Position numbers and translations under genes: made by a program. DNA of 64,000 bases from Candidatus Nomurabacteria bacterium. GTDB lineage: Bacteria; Patescibacteriota; Minisyncoccia; Phycocordibacterales; CALRBL01. Numbering within the stretch: the first letter of the stretch is position 1; each line of letters opens with the position of its first letter. The notes beneath the pieces were generated by a model, which saw only the letters and a program-made list of their open reading frames with translations, was not told where the DNA came from and did no database searches. This document shows positions 1 through 10,075 of this stretch, piece after piece. The stretch is taken from the NCBI GenBank assembly GCA_963834935.1, contig CAWIDS010000001.1, positions 301,500 through 365,499 on the forward strand, read 5' to 3'.

Positions 1-125
1 GCGCACCAAGCTCAAATGCAGGAAGAAAGGATGCGGCGGCACTATTATCCGCAAGGTGATCGGCGGCAGGAGCGCCCACTTCTGCAATGCCCACCAGATC
101 CTTTTCAAGTAGAGCGAGATCGCGC
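1..125 (-). CDS. Possible 5' end of a minus-strand gene running off the window edge (frame translating ...VGIAEVGAPAADHLADNSAAASFLPAFELGA); no ATG, possible GTG start
   Basis: Open frame on minus strand from ~nt 90 to position 1 with protein-like composition; no recognisable family. Confidence 0.2.
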
Positions 126-611
126 CTAAGCGATGCCAAAAAGCGCCACCGCTCCGGCTACTGACACATTGAGTGATTCCTTCTTTCCTTTCATCGATAT
201 CTCAATTATCACGTCGCACTGTTTGAGGATTTTCTTCGGCACACCATCGACTTCGTTTCCAAGAATGAGCGCTACTTTATCTTTCCTTCTGTATTTCTTG
301 TAATCAACGGCTTGCTGATCCAATTCCAGTGCCACGATCTGGTACTTTTCCTTCTTCAGTTTTTTGAGAAGCGGCGTGATATCAGCGACATATTCATATA
401 GCATCGTCTTTTCCGCTCCGAGGGAAATCTTTGCGAAATCAGCACGGATTCGCTTGAACCGATCCACCGGCGGCGGAGTCGTACCCACCAGATATATCTT
501 CGAAACTCCCGCGCAGTCGGCAGTACGGAAAAGCGATGCCGTATTCTGCACGCTTCTTATATCAAGCAGGATAAGCTCCATTGTGGATTCAAGTTTTACT
601 TTTTTGGCCAT
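126..611 (-). CDS. SpoU/TrmH-family RNA 2'-O-methyltransferase
   Basis: 161 aa; C-terminal LILGNEVDGVP...IEISMKGKKESLNVSVAGAVALF is the characteristic SpoU methylase motif arrangement. Confidence 0.75.
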   Translation of the reverse strand: MAKKVKLESTMELILLDIRSVQNTASLFRTADCAGVSKIYLVGTTPPPVDRFKRIRADFAKISLGAEKTMLYEYVADITPLLKKLKKEKYQIVALELDQQAVDYKKYRRKDKVALILGNEVDGVPKKILKQCDVIIEISMKGKKESLNVSVAGAVALFGIA

Positions 612-628
612 TCAGGTATACTAGCACT

Positions 629-1045
629 ATGTTTCATGTTGTCACCCCATTCCCTATATTACTTGATTATTCGCTCTACGCACCAGTATTGCTCCGCCTT
701 ACGCTCGGCTTCTTCATCCTTGCTATCGGCTTTTCCTCAAGGCAGAAGCCAAAGGCTGATGTTGTAGTAGTAGTCGACACAGAAACCACCAGCAATCAAG
801 AGTTCGGCTTCGGCGAAATCGCCTACCGCCTGCTCTTCGTCCTTGCCGGATTCTCGCTCATCGTCGGCTTCTATACGCAGATCAGCTCGATTGTCGTCGC
901 AATCCTTCTCCTCATCTCGATCCTCGACAAGAAAGCCCGTCTCACTGATGAAATCGGAAAAGTGGAGCTTGTCCTTCTTTTGGTGATCGCCATTTCTCTC
1001 ATTGTCCTTGGCGCCGGCCTTTATGCCATCGACCTTCCTTTGTAG
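629..1045 (+). CDS. Small multi-pass membrane protein, DoxX-like (hypothetical)
   Basis: ATG at 629 (MFHVV...) avoids overlap with upstream gene; 4 hydrophobic helices, LLRLTLGFFILAIG motif resembles DoxX family. Confidence 0.45.
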   Translation: MFHVVTPFPILLDYSLYAPVLLRLTLGFFILAIGFSSRQKPKADVVVVVDTETTSNQEFGFGEIAYRLLFVLAGFSLIVGFYTQISSIVVAILLLISILDKKARLTDEIGKVELVLLLVIAISLIVLGAGLYAIDLPL

Positions 1046-1182
1046 TCGATAATTGAAAAATCAAAAAGGTGTGGTACTATCGTAAACACTCCTTCATGGA
1101 GTGTTTTTAAATGTCTCACCGGAGAAATATCCTCTCGCAGCTGTTTTGGCAGATATACAGCTTGATGGGTAAAATCAAATAT

Positions 1183-1255
1183 CCTCTCGTAGCTCAGTCG
1201 GTAGAGCAGCTCCCTTTTAAGGAGATGGTCGCAGGTTCGATTCCTGCCGAGAGGA
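1183..1255 (+). tRNA. tRNA-Lys (anticodon UUU)
   Basis: Cloverleaf: acceptor CCTCTCG/CGAGAGG, D-arm GCTC-AGTCGGTA-GAGC, anticodon loop CTTTTAA, T-arm GCAGG-TTCGATT-CCTGC, discriminator A; near-identical in arms to E. coli tRNA-Lys; CCA not encoded. Confidence 0.85.
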
Positions 1256-1444
1256 CAAAAATAGCGCAGCTAGTTTTGTCCCAAGAGAAAGCGCAAGTGT
1301 GCTTTCGTGCAGGAATCGAAGCCGGATTGAGCAGATTTTATGATTCGAGCTTGGCGAGAAGAAATAAAATATCCAATCGGGGTACTGTTCGTGTAACGAA
1401 AGATATCCTGCCGAGAGGACAACTAAAAAATTAAGAGACTGTCA

Positions 1445-1837
1445 GTGGGGAAAATGAATTTATATTACTGGAGTGTGTTTTTTTCTTTTGTTATCTCCTT
1501 TGGATTATTAGGTTTAATAACGACAACAGCTCTTTCAAAGCCCACTGATGGGTATTATATTTCCAGTATAATGTTATTCTCTTTTTTTGTAGGATTACCT
1601 TTATTGTTCGTATCTGGCGTATGTAGAGCCAAATCAAAAATGAAGCCGGCGTTAGTTTGGGATTATTTGAGCATTATAGTGGTACTAATGGTCTTTTCCA
1701 TCTTCATTAGCTTCTTCGAACTTCAAGTACCTCATGCTGTTAATTACAATACAATTATTCTCTTCATTATTCCGATATTAGTAGGAATATTTCAGTATGG
1801 ATATTTTGAAAAGAAATATATTAAATTAAATTTTTAA
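1445..1837 (+). CDS. Hypothetical small integral membrane protein (AT-rich gene)
   Basis: 130 aa, 4 predicted TM helices, locally lower GC than neighbours; no family recognised. Confidence 0.45.
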   Translation: MGKMNLYYWSVFFSFVISFGLLGLITTTALSKPTDGYYISSIMLFSFFVGLPLLFVSGVCRAKSKMKPALVWDYLSIIVVLMVFSIFISFFELQVPHAVNYNTIILFIIPILVGIFQYGYFEKKYIKLNF

Positions 1838-1910
1838 TAATCAATTATTTTGATGTTTCCTTATAGATTCGTTTCTAACCTCCTTCATCAAGGGGGAAAC
1901 TTAGGTTAGA

Positions 1911-4250
1911 TCAGACCCTTATCAATCTCTGATGTTTCATCAATTCGCTTATCTGCATCCAGAAGAATGACCATACCCACACAATAATGATGAGTGAAAG
2001 TGATATTGGAGTTGTAAGAAAGCCAGTTAAGGCAAAAAGCGTAGCAAGAAGCTGGGTTGCTAGCGTCGCAACAATGACCTGCTTGCTTGGAAGATACTTA
2101 AACCAGTTTTCCTTGGTATGAGCCACATACACAAGCATATGACCTGACACTGTAAGCTTCAGGAAGAAGACGGTCTGAATAATCGTCCATGGCAAATGCA
2201 GATAATTAGTCATTATAAAAAGAAGTATCAGGCTGTTTGCCACCCCTGTAAGACCGAAAAGGGTGCTTAGGGTGAATCGTTTCTTTGCATCGACATGCGC
2301 CGGCTTTTCGGTCAGTTTTACCCGATCAAAAGCAAGAGAGACAATCGGAATATCATTAAGAAATGCGAGCACTATAAGCTGCACAGGGGTAAGAGGATAT
2401 GTTTTATATATCAAGCCTATGACCGCGATGGTAATAATCACCCTGAAGCTTTCCGAAATCCGATAAAGCGAATAATTATAAAGGCGGGTAAAGATCTTTC
2501 GCGCTTCTATGATGGCGTCTTTTATGACTGAAATCCCGCTTTTTAAAAGGATAATGTCAGCGCCGCCTTTAAGCGCATCAACCGCATTGCTGACAGCGAA
2601 TCCTACATCGGCATTTTTCACTGCAGGCAAATCGTTCACTCCGTCCCCTGTCATAGCAACAACATGATTATTCCGTGCGAGCGTGACTATCTCATATTTG
2701 TCCTTAGGAAGCACCTCAGCAAAACCACCTATCGAATCAAATTGCTTTTCCAAAAGCGCTTTATCTTCATCTAATATGCTCCTTTGATAAATCTCCCCTT
2801 TTATCCCAAGCTCTCGGGCAATTCTTCTGCTTATTTCAAGACTATCTCCCGTAATCATTTTGACTTCGATGCTGTTTTGACCCATGAAATCAATTGTTGA
2901 TTTTGCATCAGCATGGAGGCTGTCCGCAAGAAGGATAATGCCGATCAATTGCATATCTCTTTCTTCCATGCCTTCCTTGTTGACTGCGACAGCTAATGCC
3001 CGGTAACCATCATCTGCCCCCATTCTGACTGTCCTATCAAATGATTCTTTGTCTGCCACATTCAATGCGCACAGCGAGGAAATGATCTGAGGGGCTCCCA
3101 GAGATATGACAGACCTTTTACCATCGATTTCAACGATTGCCGTACTGCGCTTTCTTTCAGAATCTCCAGGAGTATAGTCAACCTGCTCATATGGAACTAG
3201 TGAAAGTTGTTTTGCCTTTTTATAAATAGCTGAATCTATGAGATCTTCAGGAGACCTCGAAATAGCGCTTGAGGCAAGCGCTATTACTTCACTTTCTGTG
3301 AAATGTCCGGATGTAATGACGCGTTCTATCTTGATGATATTTTGAGTGAGGGTGCCCGTCTTGTCTGAAAGAAGCAAATCGACATTAGCCAGATCCTCCA
3401 ACGAAGCCAGCCTCCTTACCACCACCTGTTTTTTTGAGAGACTCAACACTCCGATGCTTATGATAAGGCTCATCACTGTGGGTAATGCGACAGGTATTCC
3501 GGCAATCAAAAGACTGAGATCAAGAGTGACCACGCTAATGACAGGAGAATGTGTCATGACGAGCGTAATGGTCAATACGATGACAACAATAATGCTTATT
3601 ATCGATATGAATCGAGAAACGGAAAGAATATCCTTCTCAAGGGAACTTTGGCGAAGCTTGGTATCCACCGAAGCGATAGTCTTCCCAAAAAATGTCTTCT
3701 CGCCAGTTGCTGTCACTTTTCCAATACCCTTACCAGTCGTTATGTACGATCCGGAATATGATATATCATTTATATTTTTTTCTTTTGGTAATGACTCCCC
3801 TGTAAGAACTGATTCATTTATAGAAAGGTTTTTTGATTCAATAATAAGGATGTCCGCCGGTATCAGCATGCCAATCTTCAAATCGATAATGTCCTCTTCA
3901 ACAAGATCGACTGAATTTATATAAACCCATTCATTGTCTCTAAGAGTCTTCACTTTGATCTGAAGATTTTTCTGAAGCTCTTTGATTGATTTGTCGGCTT
4001 TTCTCTCATGCCACATGCTGATAGCGAAATTTGAAAAGAAAAGAAAAAGTATTATCCAGAAATCAACATCATTGCCTGCATACAATGAGAGAAAAGCAGC
4101 CGCAAGAAGCATGAGCGAAACGGGTGAAAAAAATCCTTTGAAAAACAAAATGAGATAGTTTTTCTTTTTTTCAGGAAGACTGTTAGGACCGTTCTGTTTA
4201 AGTAATATATTAGCCTGCTCTGTGGTTAAGCCTCTATTTATTTCTGCCAT
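1911..4250 (-). CDS. P-type cation-transporting ATPase (P2/P3-type; Mg2+/Ca2+/H+ class)
   Basis: 779 aa; phosphorylation motif LLSDKTGTLTQN, hinge motif MTGDGVNDLPAVKNADVGFAV, N-terminal cation_ATPase_N-like segment, 8+ TM helices. Confidence 0.9.
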   Translation of the reverse strand: MAEINRGLTTEQANILLKQNGPNSLPEKKKNYLILFFKGFFSPVSLMLLAAAFLSLYAGNDVDFWIILFLFFSNFAISMWHERKADKSIKELQKNLQIKVKTLRDNEWVYINSVDLVEEDIIDLKIGMLIPADILIIESKNLSINESVLTGESLPKEKNINDISYSGSYITTGKGIGKVTATGEKTFFGKTIASVDTKLRQSSLEKDILSVSRFISIISIIVVIVLTITLVMTHSPVISVVTLDLSLLIAGIPVALPTVMSLIISIGVLSLSKKQVVVRRLASLEDLANVDLLLSDKTGTLTQNIIKIERVITSGHFTESEVIALASSAISRSPEDLIDSAIYKKAKQLSLVPYEQVDYTPGDSERKRSTAIVEIDGKRSVISLGAPQIISSLCALNVADKESFDRTVRMGADDGYRALAVAVNKEGMEERDMQLIGIILLADSLHADAKSTIDFMGQNSIEVKMITGDSLEISRRIARELGIKGEIYQRSILDEDKALLEKQFDSIGGFAEVLPKDKYEIVTLARNNHVVAMTGDGVNDLPAVKNADVGFAVSNAVDALKGGADIILLKSGISVIKDAIIEARKIFTRLYNYSLYRISESFRVIITIAVIGLIYKTYPLTPVQLIVLAFLNDIPIVSLAFDRVKLTEKPAHVDAKKRFTLSTLFGLTGVANSLILLFIMTNYLHLPWTIIQTVFFLKLTVSGHMLVYVAHTKENWFKYLPSKQVIVATLATQLLATLFALTGFLTTPISLSLIIIVWVWSFFWMQISELMKHQRLIRV

Positions 4251-4436
4251 GCCTTTAATTGTATATTATTTGCAAAAAAATTAGCAGCGAAAGGACGACT
4301 CTTTTTTATCCCCTTTCTGTCGCGGGAGTCGCAATAGATTGATTGAAAAAGGAATGACGGGCTTTGTTTTGTTTGCTGAACGGCCAGACTGTTCTTTGGA
4401 ATATGCAAATAGCCTGATAGAGGTTAAAATAGCGGA

Positions 4437-5609
4437 ATGAAAAAAAAGCTGTCGATCTCGCTTCTTTCACTACTGGCATTCCTTTCCTTCTCGGGAAGCG
4501 CTTTTGCGCAGCAAGATGCCGTGGCGACGCCAGACAAAGTGACCACTGTAAAAGCTCAAGTGCTTGATATTCTCAGCCAAGATACGGAAGTGCTGCCAGG
4601 AACAGATTCCGAACACAGCGAGCAATCGCTCGATGTCAAAATACTGGAAGGCGAGGAAAAAGGAAAAGAATTGACAGTGGAAAATGACTCCTTGAACCTA
4701 AAGATCGGAGAAGTATTTTATTTGAAACACACTATATCTTCCCTCGACGGCTCTGATTCGTATTCCGTCGGAGAACCATACCGACTACCCCAGATCCTTC
4801 TCCTTGTCGGGCTTTTCATATTAGTGGTGCTTGTCTTCGGCGGAATTCAAGGCATCAGAGGAATCGTCAGCCTCGTCGGCAGCTTCCTGCTCATCCTTTA
4901 TGTCCTCTTGCCAGGAATACTTCATGGCTATTCTCCCCTGCTTATGACCATCAGCGTCTCATCCCTTATCATCATCGTCGGGTCCTACATCACCCACGGC
5001 TTCAACAAGACCACTTCAGCCGCAGTCCTCGGAATGATCCTTACTGTTTCTCTGACGGGATTTCTTGCTTATTGGTCGGTGGGCTTTGCGAGTCTTAGCG
5101 GCTTCAATACCGAAGAAGTAGCATATCTGAACCTGAACACTCCCGGAGGCATCGACGTAGTCGGCCTTCTGCTCGGAGGAATAATGATCGGCCTTCTCGG
5201 AGTGCTGTATGACATTGCGATCGGCCAGGCGATATCAGTCGAGGAGCTTATCCGCATCGCGCCGCATGTGCCGAAGAAAAGGATATACCAGCGAGCCATC
5301 AGGATCGGCCGCGAGCATATAGGCGCGTTAGTGAACACGCTTGCCATCGCCTATGTCGGCGCTTCGCTGCCGCTCCTGCTTCTTTTCAGCCAAGGATCGG
5401 GCGACAGCGTCTGGGTCACTCTCAATCGCGAGATATTCTCCACGGAAATTGTCCGTACCATAATCGGCAGCATCGGCCTCATACTGGCAGTGCCTATCAC
5501 CACCATCGTTTCGGTCGGGCTTCTTACAGGAAAAAGAAAAAGGCAGGCAGAGAAATCCTTGATCGAAGAGGAGGAACATTCCTTGGAACATGCCCCCCAC
5601 AAGCATTAG
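4437..5609 (+). CDS. YibE/F-family-like membrane protein with N-terminal signal peptide and extracytoplasmic domain
   Basis: 390 aa; signal peptide, ~100-aa soluble domain then multiple Gly-rich TM helices typical of YibE/F proteins. Confidence 0.5.
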   Translation: MKKKLSISLLSLLAFLSFSGSAFAQQDAVATPDKVTTVKAQVLDILSQDTEVLPGTDSEHSEQSLDVKILEGEEKGKELTVENDSLNLKIGEVFYLKHTISSLDGSDSYSVGEPYRLPQILLLVGLFILVVLVFGGIQGIRGIVSLVGSFLLILYVLLPGILHGYSPLLMTISVSSLIIIVGSYITHGFNKTTSAAVLGMILTVSLTGFLAYWSVGFASLSGFNTEEVAYLNLNTPGGIDVVGLLLGGIMIGLLGVLYDIAIGQAISVEELIRIAPHVPKKRIYQRAIRIGREHIGALVNTLAIAYVGASLPLLLLFSQGSGDSVWVTLNREIFSTEIVRTIIGSIGLILAVPITTIVSVGLLTGKRKRQAEKSLIEEEEHSLEHAPHKH

Positions 5610-5615
5610 GACGAT

Positions 5616-6461
5616 CTAGATATTTTCCTTCTCTTCTTTCATCGCATCGACATCGCCGCTTACTTCCTTGAAATGAGTGTCAAGCATCCCTGAAACGAGA
5701 ATGGCGGTGTCGTACATCCTGCTCATCGGCTCCTTTTTAGACATTGTTCCGTGCTGGAAAATATACAGACGGTGATCGGATAATTCAAAATTGATTCCGC
5801 GGCTTTTTTGAACAAAATCATTCATGACATCTGGAGTCAGTATTTCCAAGGCTTCCATTTCAAAATTCTTCTCGACTGAAACAGTGAAATATTTATTGAA
5901 ATCTCCTTCGAGCTTCAAGAAAGTTCCTTGTGGCAGGGTTGGATCGCCTCCTCCAATGCCACCGAACAGCCCTTCATGGGCCAGCATCAAGAAAGGAGGA
6001 AGGTCATAAGGATAGGTAATCTCAAAGACAGTATATGGAAAAGTCTGCTCGTTCTTTCCGTAACCGATTTTCGTTTGGAAATCATATATCCTTAGAGGAA
6101 AGCCTCCATGAGTCCCTTGCATTGCATTAGAAATGCTTTGGCTATGGCCGACCTTGAACAGATTAGCGCTGACCGAAGAAACAGCAGTGCTGCCGATATA
6201 TTGATAACCAAGCGCTGAGGCAATCTGCTCCATGAATTCAGCCCGCGCTTTATTTCCAACCAGACCCAGTCCTAGCAGCACAAAGACGAATCCTGCTATG
6301 GCAAATTGATAATTGTTGACATACCAAGCGAACCAGCAGCATCCAACAGCTATGAGGATGGCTAGTATCGCAAGGAACCAATGTTTCTCGATAATAAGCA
6401 ACTGGTCCTTGCCTACGCTATTGATATCTGCGGATTCCAAAGGATTTTGGCTTTGCTCCAT
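5616..6461 (-). CDS. Hypothetical membrane-anchored protein (two N-terminal TM helices)
   Basis: 281 aa intact ORF, no family recognised. Confidence 0.55.
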   Translation of the reverse strand: MEQSQNPLESADINSVGKDQLLIIEKHWFLAILAILIAVGCCWFAWYVNNYQFAIAGFVFVLLGLGLVGNKARAEFMEQIASALGYQYIGSTAVSSVSANLFKVGHSQSISNAMQGTHGGFPLRIYDFQTKIGYGKNEQTFPYTVFEITYPYDLPPFLMLAHEGLFGGIGGGDPTLPQGTFLKLEGDFNKYFTVSVEKNFEMEALEILTPDVMNDFVQKSRGINFELSDHRLYIFQHGTMSKKEPMSRMYDTAILVSGMLDTHFKEVSGDVDAMKEEKENI

Positions 6462-6486
6462 GGTTTTATTTTATGCTATTAATTCA

Positions 6487-7203
6487 TCATATCTCCAACA
6501 CCCATCTTTCCATCTCATTCCAAAAGTCGATGATTCCCCGATGCGCATCATGGTACATCGAAGCCAGCCGGAAAAGCATTCCTTTGATCTCACTCTCGGA
6601 GTAGCTCTTCAAAGCAGACTTCGTCTTGGTGAAGACGAAAGGAGAGATGCCTGCCTCGGCGGCATCTCTCGCTTGAGCCACCAGCGCCATGCTTTTGACC
6701 TGCCACCACAGCATTCCGTGGACTTCCTCTGCGACTGAGCCCCTGCCCTTTGCCTCGATCAAAAGCATCCAAAGCCTTTTCTTGTCGCGCGCTACGAATG
6801 CATCCGAAAGGGCGAATGGATTGTATTCGCTCTTTTTCTTTTCTTTCAGCTGTTCTATAAGTTGGACTTTCTGCGCGTGCTTCTCCACCACATCGAGAGT
6901 CTTCTTGTCGAGTTCCTTTTCTAGGAATATGAAGACGTTTTCCGAGCCTGCGATGTCTTTGAGGTTCCTGATGACCTCTTCCTTTATTTCCTTGGCCTCG
7001 AATAGGTTATCGAAAAAGACTACGTATTTCGATTCGAAAAGTCCTTGGCCTGCTACGAGATCGGCAAGTGAATGTTCGGCGTAGTCGAGCGAGCTGATGC
7101 GGAAAAAGACCGCGTCCGGCCTTTTCTTCTGAAGGCTTTCGGTTAGTTCGCGCGCTTTCAGCCTCGCCTTCTCGTATTCGTTTCCGTAAATGAAATAGAT
7201 CAT
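6487..7203 (-). CDS. holA: DNA polymerase III delta subunit-like (HolA-like)
   Basis: Internal start MIYFIYGNEYEKARLKA... at 7203 abuts polA stop (7205); N-terminal I-Y-x-x-Y-G-x-E motif and size (238 aa) fit short delta subunits; operon position immediately after polA. Confidence 0.5.
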   Translation of the reverse strand: MIYFIYGNEYEKARLKARELTESLQKKRPDAVFFRISSLDYAEHSLADLVAGQGLFESKYVVFFDNLFEAKEIKEEVIRNLKDIAGSENVFIFLEKELDKKTLDVVEKHAQKVQLIEQLKEKKKSEYNPFALSDAFVARDKKRLWMLLIEAKGRGSVAEEVHGMLWWQVKSMALVAQARDAAEAGISPFVFTKTKSALKSYSESEIKGMLFRLASMYHDAHRGIIDFWNEMERWVLEI

Positions 7204-7204
7204 C

Positions 7205-9562
7205 TTAGTTAAGGGCTTCGAGCTCTGCCCAGTTATTTCCCATGTGTGCATTCGCTATAATCAGCACGCCTTCGGACTGCTCTTTGGTGAACACCGACTC
7301 CATTATTTTCTTGATCTCTTTTGAAATTTCGCCTACTTCGCTTTCTTTAATCTCATACACCAATTCATCATGCACCTGGAGCAAGAGATGCGCTACGCCG
7401 TCCTTTTTTTCCTTCCTGAGATATTCGTCGATGCGCGACATTGATATCTTGATAATGTCGGCTTGGGTTCCTTGGATTGGCGCGTTGATGGCCATGCGCT
7501 CGGCGCTAGCGCGAAGGAATGGTAGATGCGAATTGATGTCGGGAAAATAGCGGCGCCTTCCGAACATGGTGGTGGTGAATCCTTTCTGTCTGACTTCCTC
7601 TTTCACCTTTTCCAGATAGGAAGTGAGAGTAGTGAAAGTGGCGAAGTAATTCTGATAGAATTCTTTGGCTTCTGCCGTCGTTCCGCCGATATTAGCTCTG
7701 AGGGCATTCACCCCCATGCCATACAAGATTCCGAAATTAATGGTCTTAGCTTTTTTCCTCATCTCGATAGTTACCTCATCAGCTGGCACTTTGAAGACTT
7801 GTGCGGCTACCGCGGCATGGACATCCTGCCCTTCCTTGAAGATAGAGATGAATTTCTCATCCTTCGAAAGCAGGGCGGCGATGCGAAGATCGATCTGGGA
7901 ATAATCCACCGACACAAGCTTGTAGCCTTTATCGGCCACGAATGCATTGCGAATGGCGCGACCGAGCTCTGTCTTGATCGGGATATTCTGCAGGTTTGGA
8001 TTCTCGGAAGACATTCGGCCGGTCGTGCTTCCTGTGAGCAAAAAATGGCTATGTAAGCGCTGGTCCTTGTCCACGAGCTGCGGGATGGTGTCTATGTATG
8101 TGGAAAGTAGTTTCTGGAGCTCGCGATGCTGAAGGATGTGATTGATGATCGGATGAAGGTCGCGAAGCTTCAAGAGCTCCGATTCCTTGGTCGAGCGGGC
8201 GCCGCCTGCAGTCTTCTTCATGCCCTTGCCTTCGAGCTTCAGTTTGTCGAAAAGGATCTCGCCGAGCTGTTTGGGAGAATTGATGTTGAATTCCTCACCT
8301 GCCGCGTCAAAAATCTCTTTCTCGATGCTGGAAAGCGTTTTATGGTATTTTTCGGAAAGCTTTTTCAAATAAGCCACATCTATCCTTATTCCTCGCTCTT
8401 CCATCTTCTGAACCACCGGGATAAGAGGCAGCTCGATTTTCTCGTACACATATGACAGATCATTTTTCTTGATTAGTTCATATGCTTTCTTCTCGGCTTT
8501 GTCGAAATCATCCTCATTAGTGATCCTAAAAAGATCGTCTTCGGTCGGCTTAGGAATATTCGAGTCCAGCACGTAAAGTGCGAGTGCGAGTCTGACATCA
8601 AGCGGCTTTGCTTCAGCTGCCGCTTCTTCATTTTCCTGTTCTCCGCCTTTCTGCTCAAGCGATAGAGCCTCGCGAAGCTTCGGACCAAGCGTCCTGAATT
8701 CATATTTTTTGAAAAGAGCCTCGGCTTTGTCAACATCGATACTTTCCTTTATGTTTTTCTCGGGCAATTCGAACTTGATCGGCGCATCCTTGCGGATAGT
8801 GGCAAGCATCTTGCTGAATAACGCCTCTTCTTTGCCTTCTTTCAACAAGCCGATGATGCGCGGCGAAATTCCCGCTTTCTCGAATTTCTTGTCGCTTTTT
8901 TCAAGCTCTTTATACATTTCTTCGAGCGTGCCGAATGAAGTGATCAACGTCGTCGCTGTCTTTTCTCCGATGCCGGCAATGCCGATAATGTTATCCGACG
9001 GATCGCCGCGAAGGCCTTTGTAATCCGGGATTAGCTTCGGTAGGAAACCAAAACGCTCAAGGACCGCCTTCTCGTCGTACATTATGGTGTCCTTTATACC
9101 CTTCTTCAGCGTGTATACCTGCACTTTCTTTCCTTCAATGAGCTGAAGTGTGTCCATGTCGCCTGAAGCGATAATTATATCCGTTCCCTTATCGTCCTTC
9201 AGTTGCTCAGCGATCGTGCCGAGCATGTCATCCGCCTCGAAGCCTGCCTTGTCATACATGGGAATATTAAGTGCTTCGAAAATCTCACGAGAGGTATTAA
9301 GCTGCTTGATGAGCGCGTCATCTATTTTTTTTCTGGTGCCTTTGTAGTCGCTATATACTTCATGCCGATGAGTCTTGCCCTTGAGATCATAACAAGCGAC
9401 GATGTAATCAGGCGAGAATTCCGAAATTATTTTCAAGATCATGATCGAAAGCCCGTATAATGCTCCGGTCGGCTCGCCTGAAGAAGTAGAAAAATCAGGC
9501 AACGCATGATACGCGCGATGAATGAGTGCGTGACTGTCGAGTAGAACTAATGTCTTTTGCAT
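7205..9562 (-). CDS. polA: DNA polymerase I (5'-3' exonuclease + polymerase domains)
   Basis: 785 aa; N-terminal 5'-nuclease region (LVLLDSHALIHRAYHAL), C-terminal family A polymerase motifs (RRxAKxxNFGxxYG, QVHDELV). Confidence 0.95.
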   Translation of the reverse strand: MQKTLVLLDSHALIHRAYHALPDFSTSSGEPTGALYGLSIMILKIISEFSPDYIVACYDLKGKTHRHEVYSDYKGTRKKIDDALIKQLNTSREIFEALNIPMYDKAGFEADDMLGTIAEQLKDDKGTDIIIASGDMDTLQLIEGKKVQVYTLKKGIKDTIMYDEKAVLERFGFLPKLIPDYKGLRGDPSDNIIGIAGIGEKTATTLITSFGTLEEMYKELEKSDKKFEKAGISPRIIGLLKEGKEEALFSKMLATIRKDAPIKFELPEKNIKESIDVDKAEALFKKYEFRTLGPKLREALSLEQKGGEQENEEAAAEAKPLDVRLALALYVLDSNIPKPTEDDLFRITNEDDFDKAEKKAYELIKKNDLSYVYEKIELPLIPVVQKMEERGIRIDVAYLKKLSEKYHKTLSSIEKEIFDAAGEEFNINSPKQLGEILFDKLKLEGKGMKKTAGGARSTKESELLKLRDLHPIINHILQHRELQKLLSTYIDTIPQLVDKDQRLHSHFLLTGSTTGRMSSENPNLQNIPIKTELGRAIRNAFVADKGYKLVSVDYSQIDLRIAALLSKDEKFISIFKEGQDVHAAVAAQVFKVPADEVTIEMRKKAKTINFGILYGMGVNALRANIGGTTAEAKEFYQNYFATFTTLTSYLEKVKEEVRQKGFTTTMFGRRRYFPDINSHLPFLRASAERMAINAPIQGTQADIIKISMSRIDEYLRKEKKDGVAHLLLQVHDELVYEIKESEVGEISKEIKKIMESVFTKEQSEGVLIIANAHMGNNWAELEALN

Positions 9563-9563
9563 A

Positions 9564-9998
9564 TTAAAAATTCATAGTCTCTATTATGCGGGTATTCTCA
9601 TCCGCATGCTCGAACCGTATCGTCGGCAATGTCTCTGGAAGGATGTCGCCTCCCCTTTCCGGCCATTCGACGAATACGAGAGATTCTGGAGCGGAAATAG
9701 CCTCCTTGAAACGCAACGCTTTCAGCTCTTCAGGATTCTCGATGCGGTACAGGTCGATATGTATGAAGTTTTTCCAAAAGGAATGGGTGGTGACGTACGA
9801 TTTCTGTATGACGAACGTCGGGCTGTTTATCGTCTCAGTTACGCCTAATATATCGCCGACAGCTTTTGAAAAAGTGGTCTTTCCCGATCCCAGATCCCCG
9901 ACCAGCCTTACCAAGGTGATTTCCTTGTCCTCAAGCTCTTCGACAACAAGGCGGGCTATGATGCCGGTTTCTTCCAAGGACGGAGAGGTGTAAATCAT
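9564..9998 (-). CDS. tsaE: tRNA threonylcarbamoyladenosine biosynthesis protein TsaE (YjeE-type P-loop ATPase)
   Basis: 144 aa from ATG at 9998 (MIYTSPSLEE...); Walker A GDLGSGKTTF; the longer 284-aa ORF-track version is an artefactual N-terminal extension into the GC-rich antisense of the neighbouring gene. Confidence 0.8.
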   Translation of the reverse strand: MIYTSPSLEETGIIARLVVEELEDKEITLVRLVGDLGSGKTTFSKAVGDILGVTETINSPTFVIQKSYVTTHSFWKNFIHIDLYRIENPEELKALRFKEAISAPESLVFVEWPERGGDILPETLPTIRFEHADENTRIIETMNF

Positions 9999-10010
9999 GT
10001 GGCAATGATA

Positions 10011-10052
10011 ACAAAAAAGGAGCCCTATACGAAATGAATCGTAAGGGCTCCT
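10011..10052 (-). terminator. Rho-independent terminator for gene 10076..11335
   Basis: Perfect 9-bp stem AGGAGCCCT/AGGGCTCCT (17-nt loop) followed on the minus strand by T7 run. Confidence 0.5.
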
Positions 10053-10075
10053 GGTTGAGGTTTGTTTGTTATCGT

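Noticed and set aside
1111-1434. 107-aa plus-strand ORF
   Set aside because: It spans tRNA-Lys and the duplicated tRNA-end segments, and its translation is not protein-like.
3346-3924. 192-aa plus-strand ORF inside the P-type ATPase
   Set aside because: It is antisense to a strongly supported 779-aa gene and has no motifs.
4251-4436. Possible Mg (M-box) or Mn riboswitch between the P-type ATPase and the YibE/F gene
   Set aside because: Neither strand shows the conserved M-box or yybP-ykoY core sequences, so it was not called.
5069-5606. Several 80-90 aa minus-strand ORFs inside the YibE/F gene
   Set aside because: They are antisense artefacts in a GC-rich stretch.
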